DNA of 63,445 nt, counting the filler, from Octopus bimaculoides (Eukaryota), in the NCBI RefSeq assembly GCF_001194135.2. It is 4 parts of 3 records of this genome, joined end to end, with 100 filler letters (N's around TTAATTAATTAA, not from the genome) between each part and the next. Parts side by side here need not be neighbours in the genome. Positions count along the whole stretch, not along the records: positions 62,005 to 63,445 come from NC_068981.1; 3 more parts are not named here. The stretch is one strand, 5' to 3'. Every line of letters starts with the position of its first letter. The stretch's first letter is position 1. The notes under the pieces were generated by a model. That model worked only from the letters and a program-made list of their open reading frames with translations, made no database searches and was not told the DNA's origin. This document shows positions 63,429-63,445 of the stretch, in pieces. The translations under genes and the position numbers were made by a program.

Positions 63429-63445
63429 TGTAGTATATATATATA

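Overview
Repeat-rich, gapped animal genomic DNA, most consistent with an octopus (inferred from the SINE families and microsatellite load; not database-checked). The window is not one locus. Three identical 100-nt spacers (N44-TTAATTAATTAA-N44 at 27778, 44219, 61905) artificially join four scaffolds. Two spliced genes are partly visible on the + strand. One is the first six coding exons of MED12 (15782-27411, cut by a spacer). The other is a Mind bomb (MIB1/2)-like gene with two MIB-repeat units and ankyrin exons (44905-61580). The rest is transposon debris: mariner/Tc1, hAT and Tc2/pogo MITEs, a Helitron helicase remnant, RTE, Tx1/L1 and Penelope retroelements, solo LTRs and about five SINE families. 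The most interesting signal is a Penelope-linked small-RNA system. (i) A tandem pair of minimal type I hammerhead ribozymes with a 148-nt cleavage-to-cleavage unit lies sense-oriented just upstream of MED12 exon 2. (ii) The same unit sits behind a tRNA-like Pol III head at 46948. (iii) The same terminus is attached to a decayed Penelope RT/GIY-YIG element at 62441-63428. Separately, the RTE LINE 3' UTR carries tandem stem-loop units with compensatory base changes.
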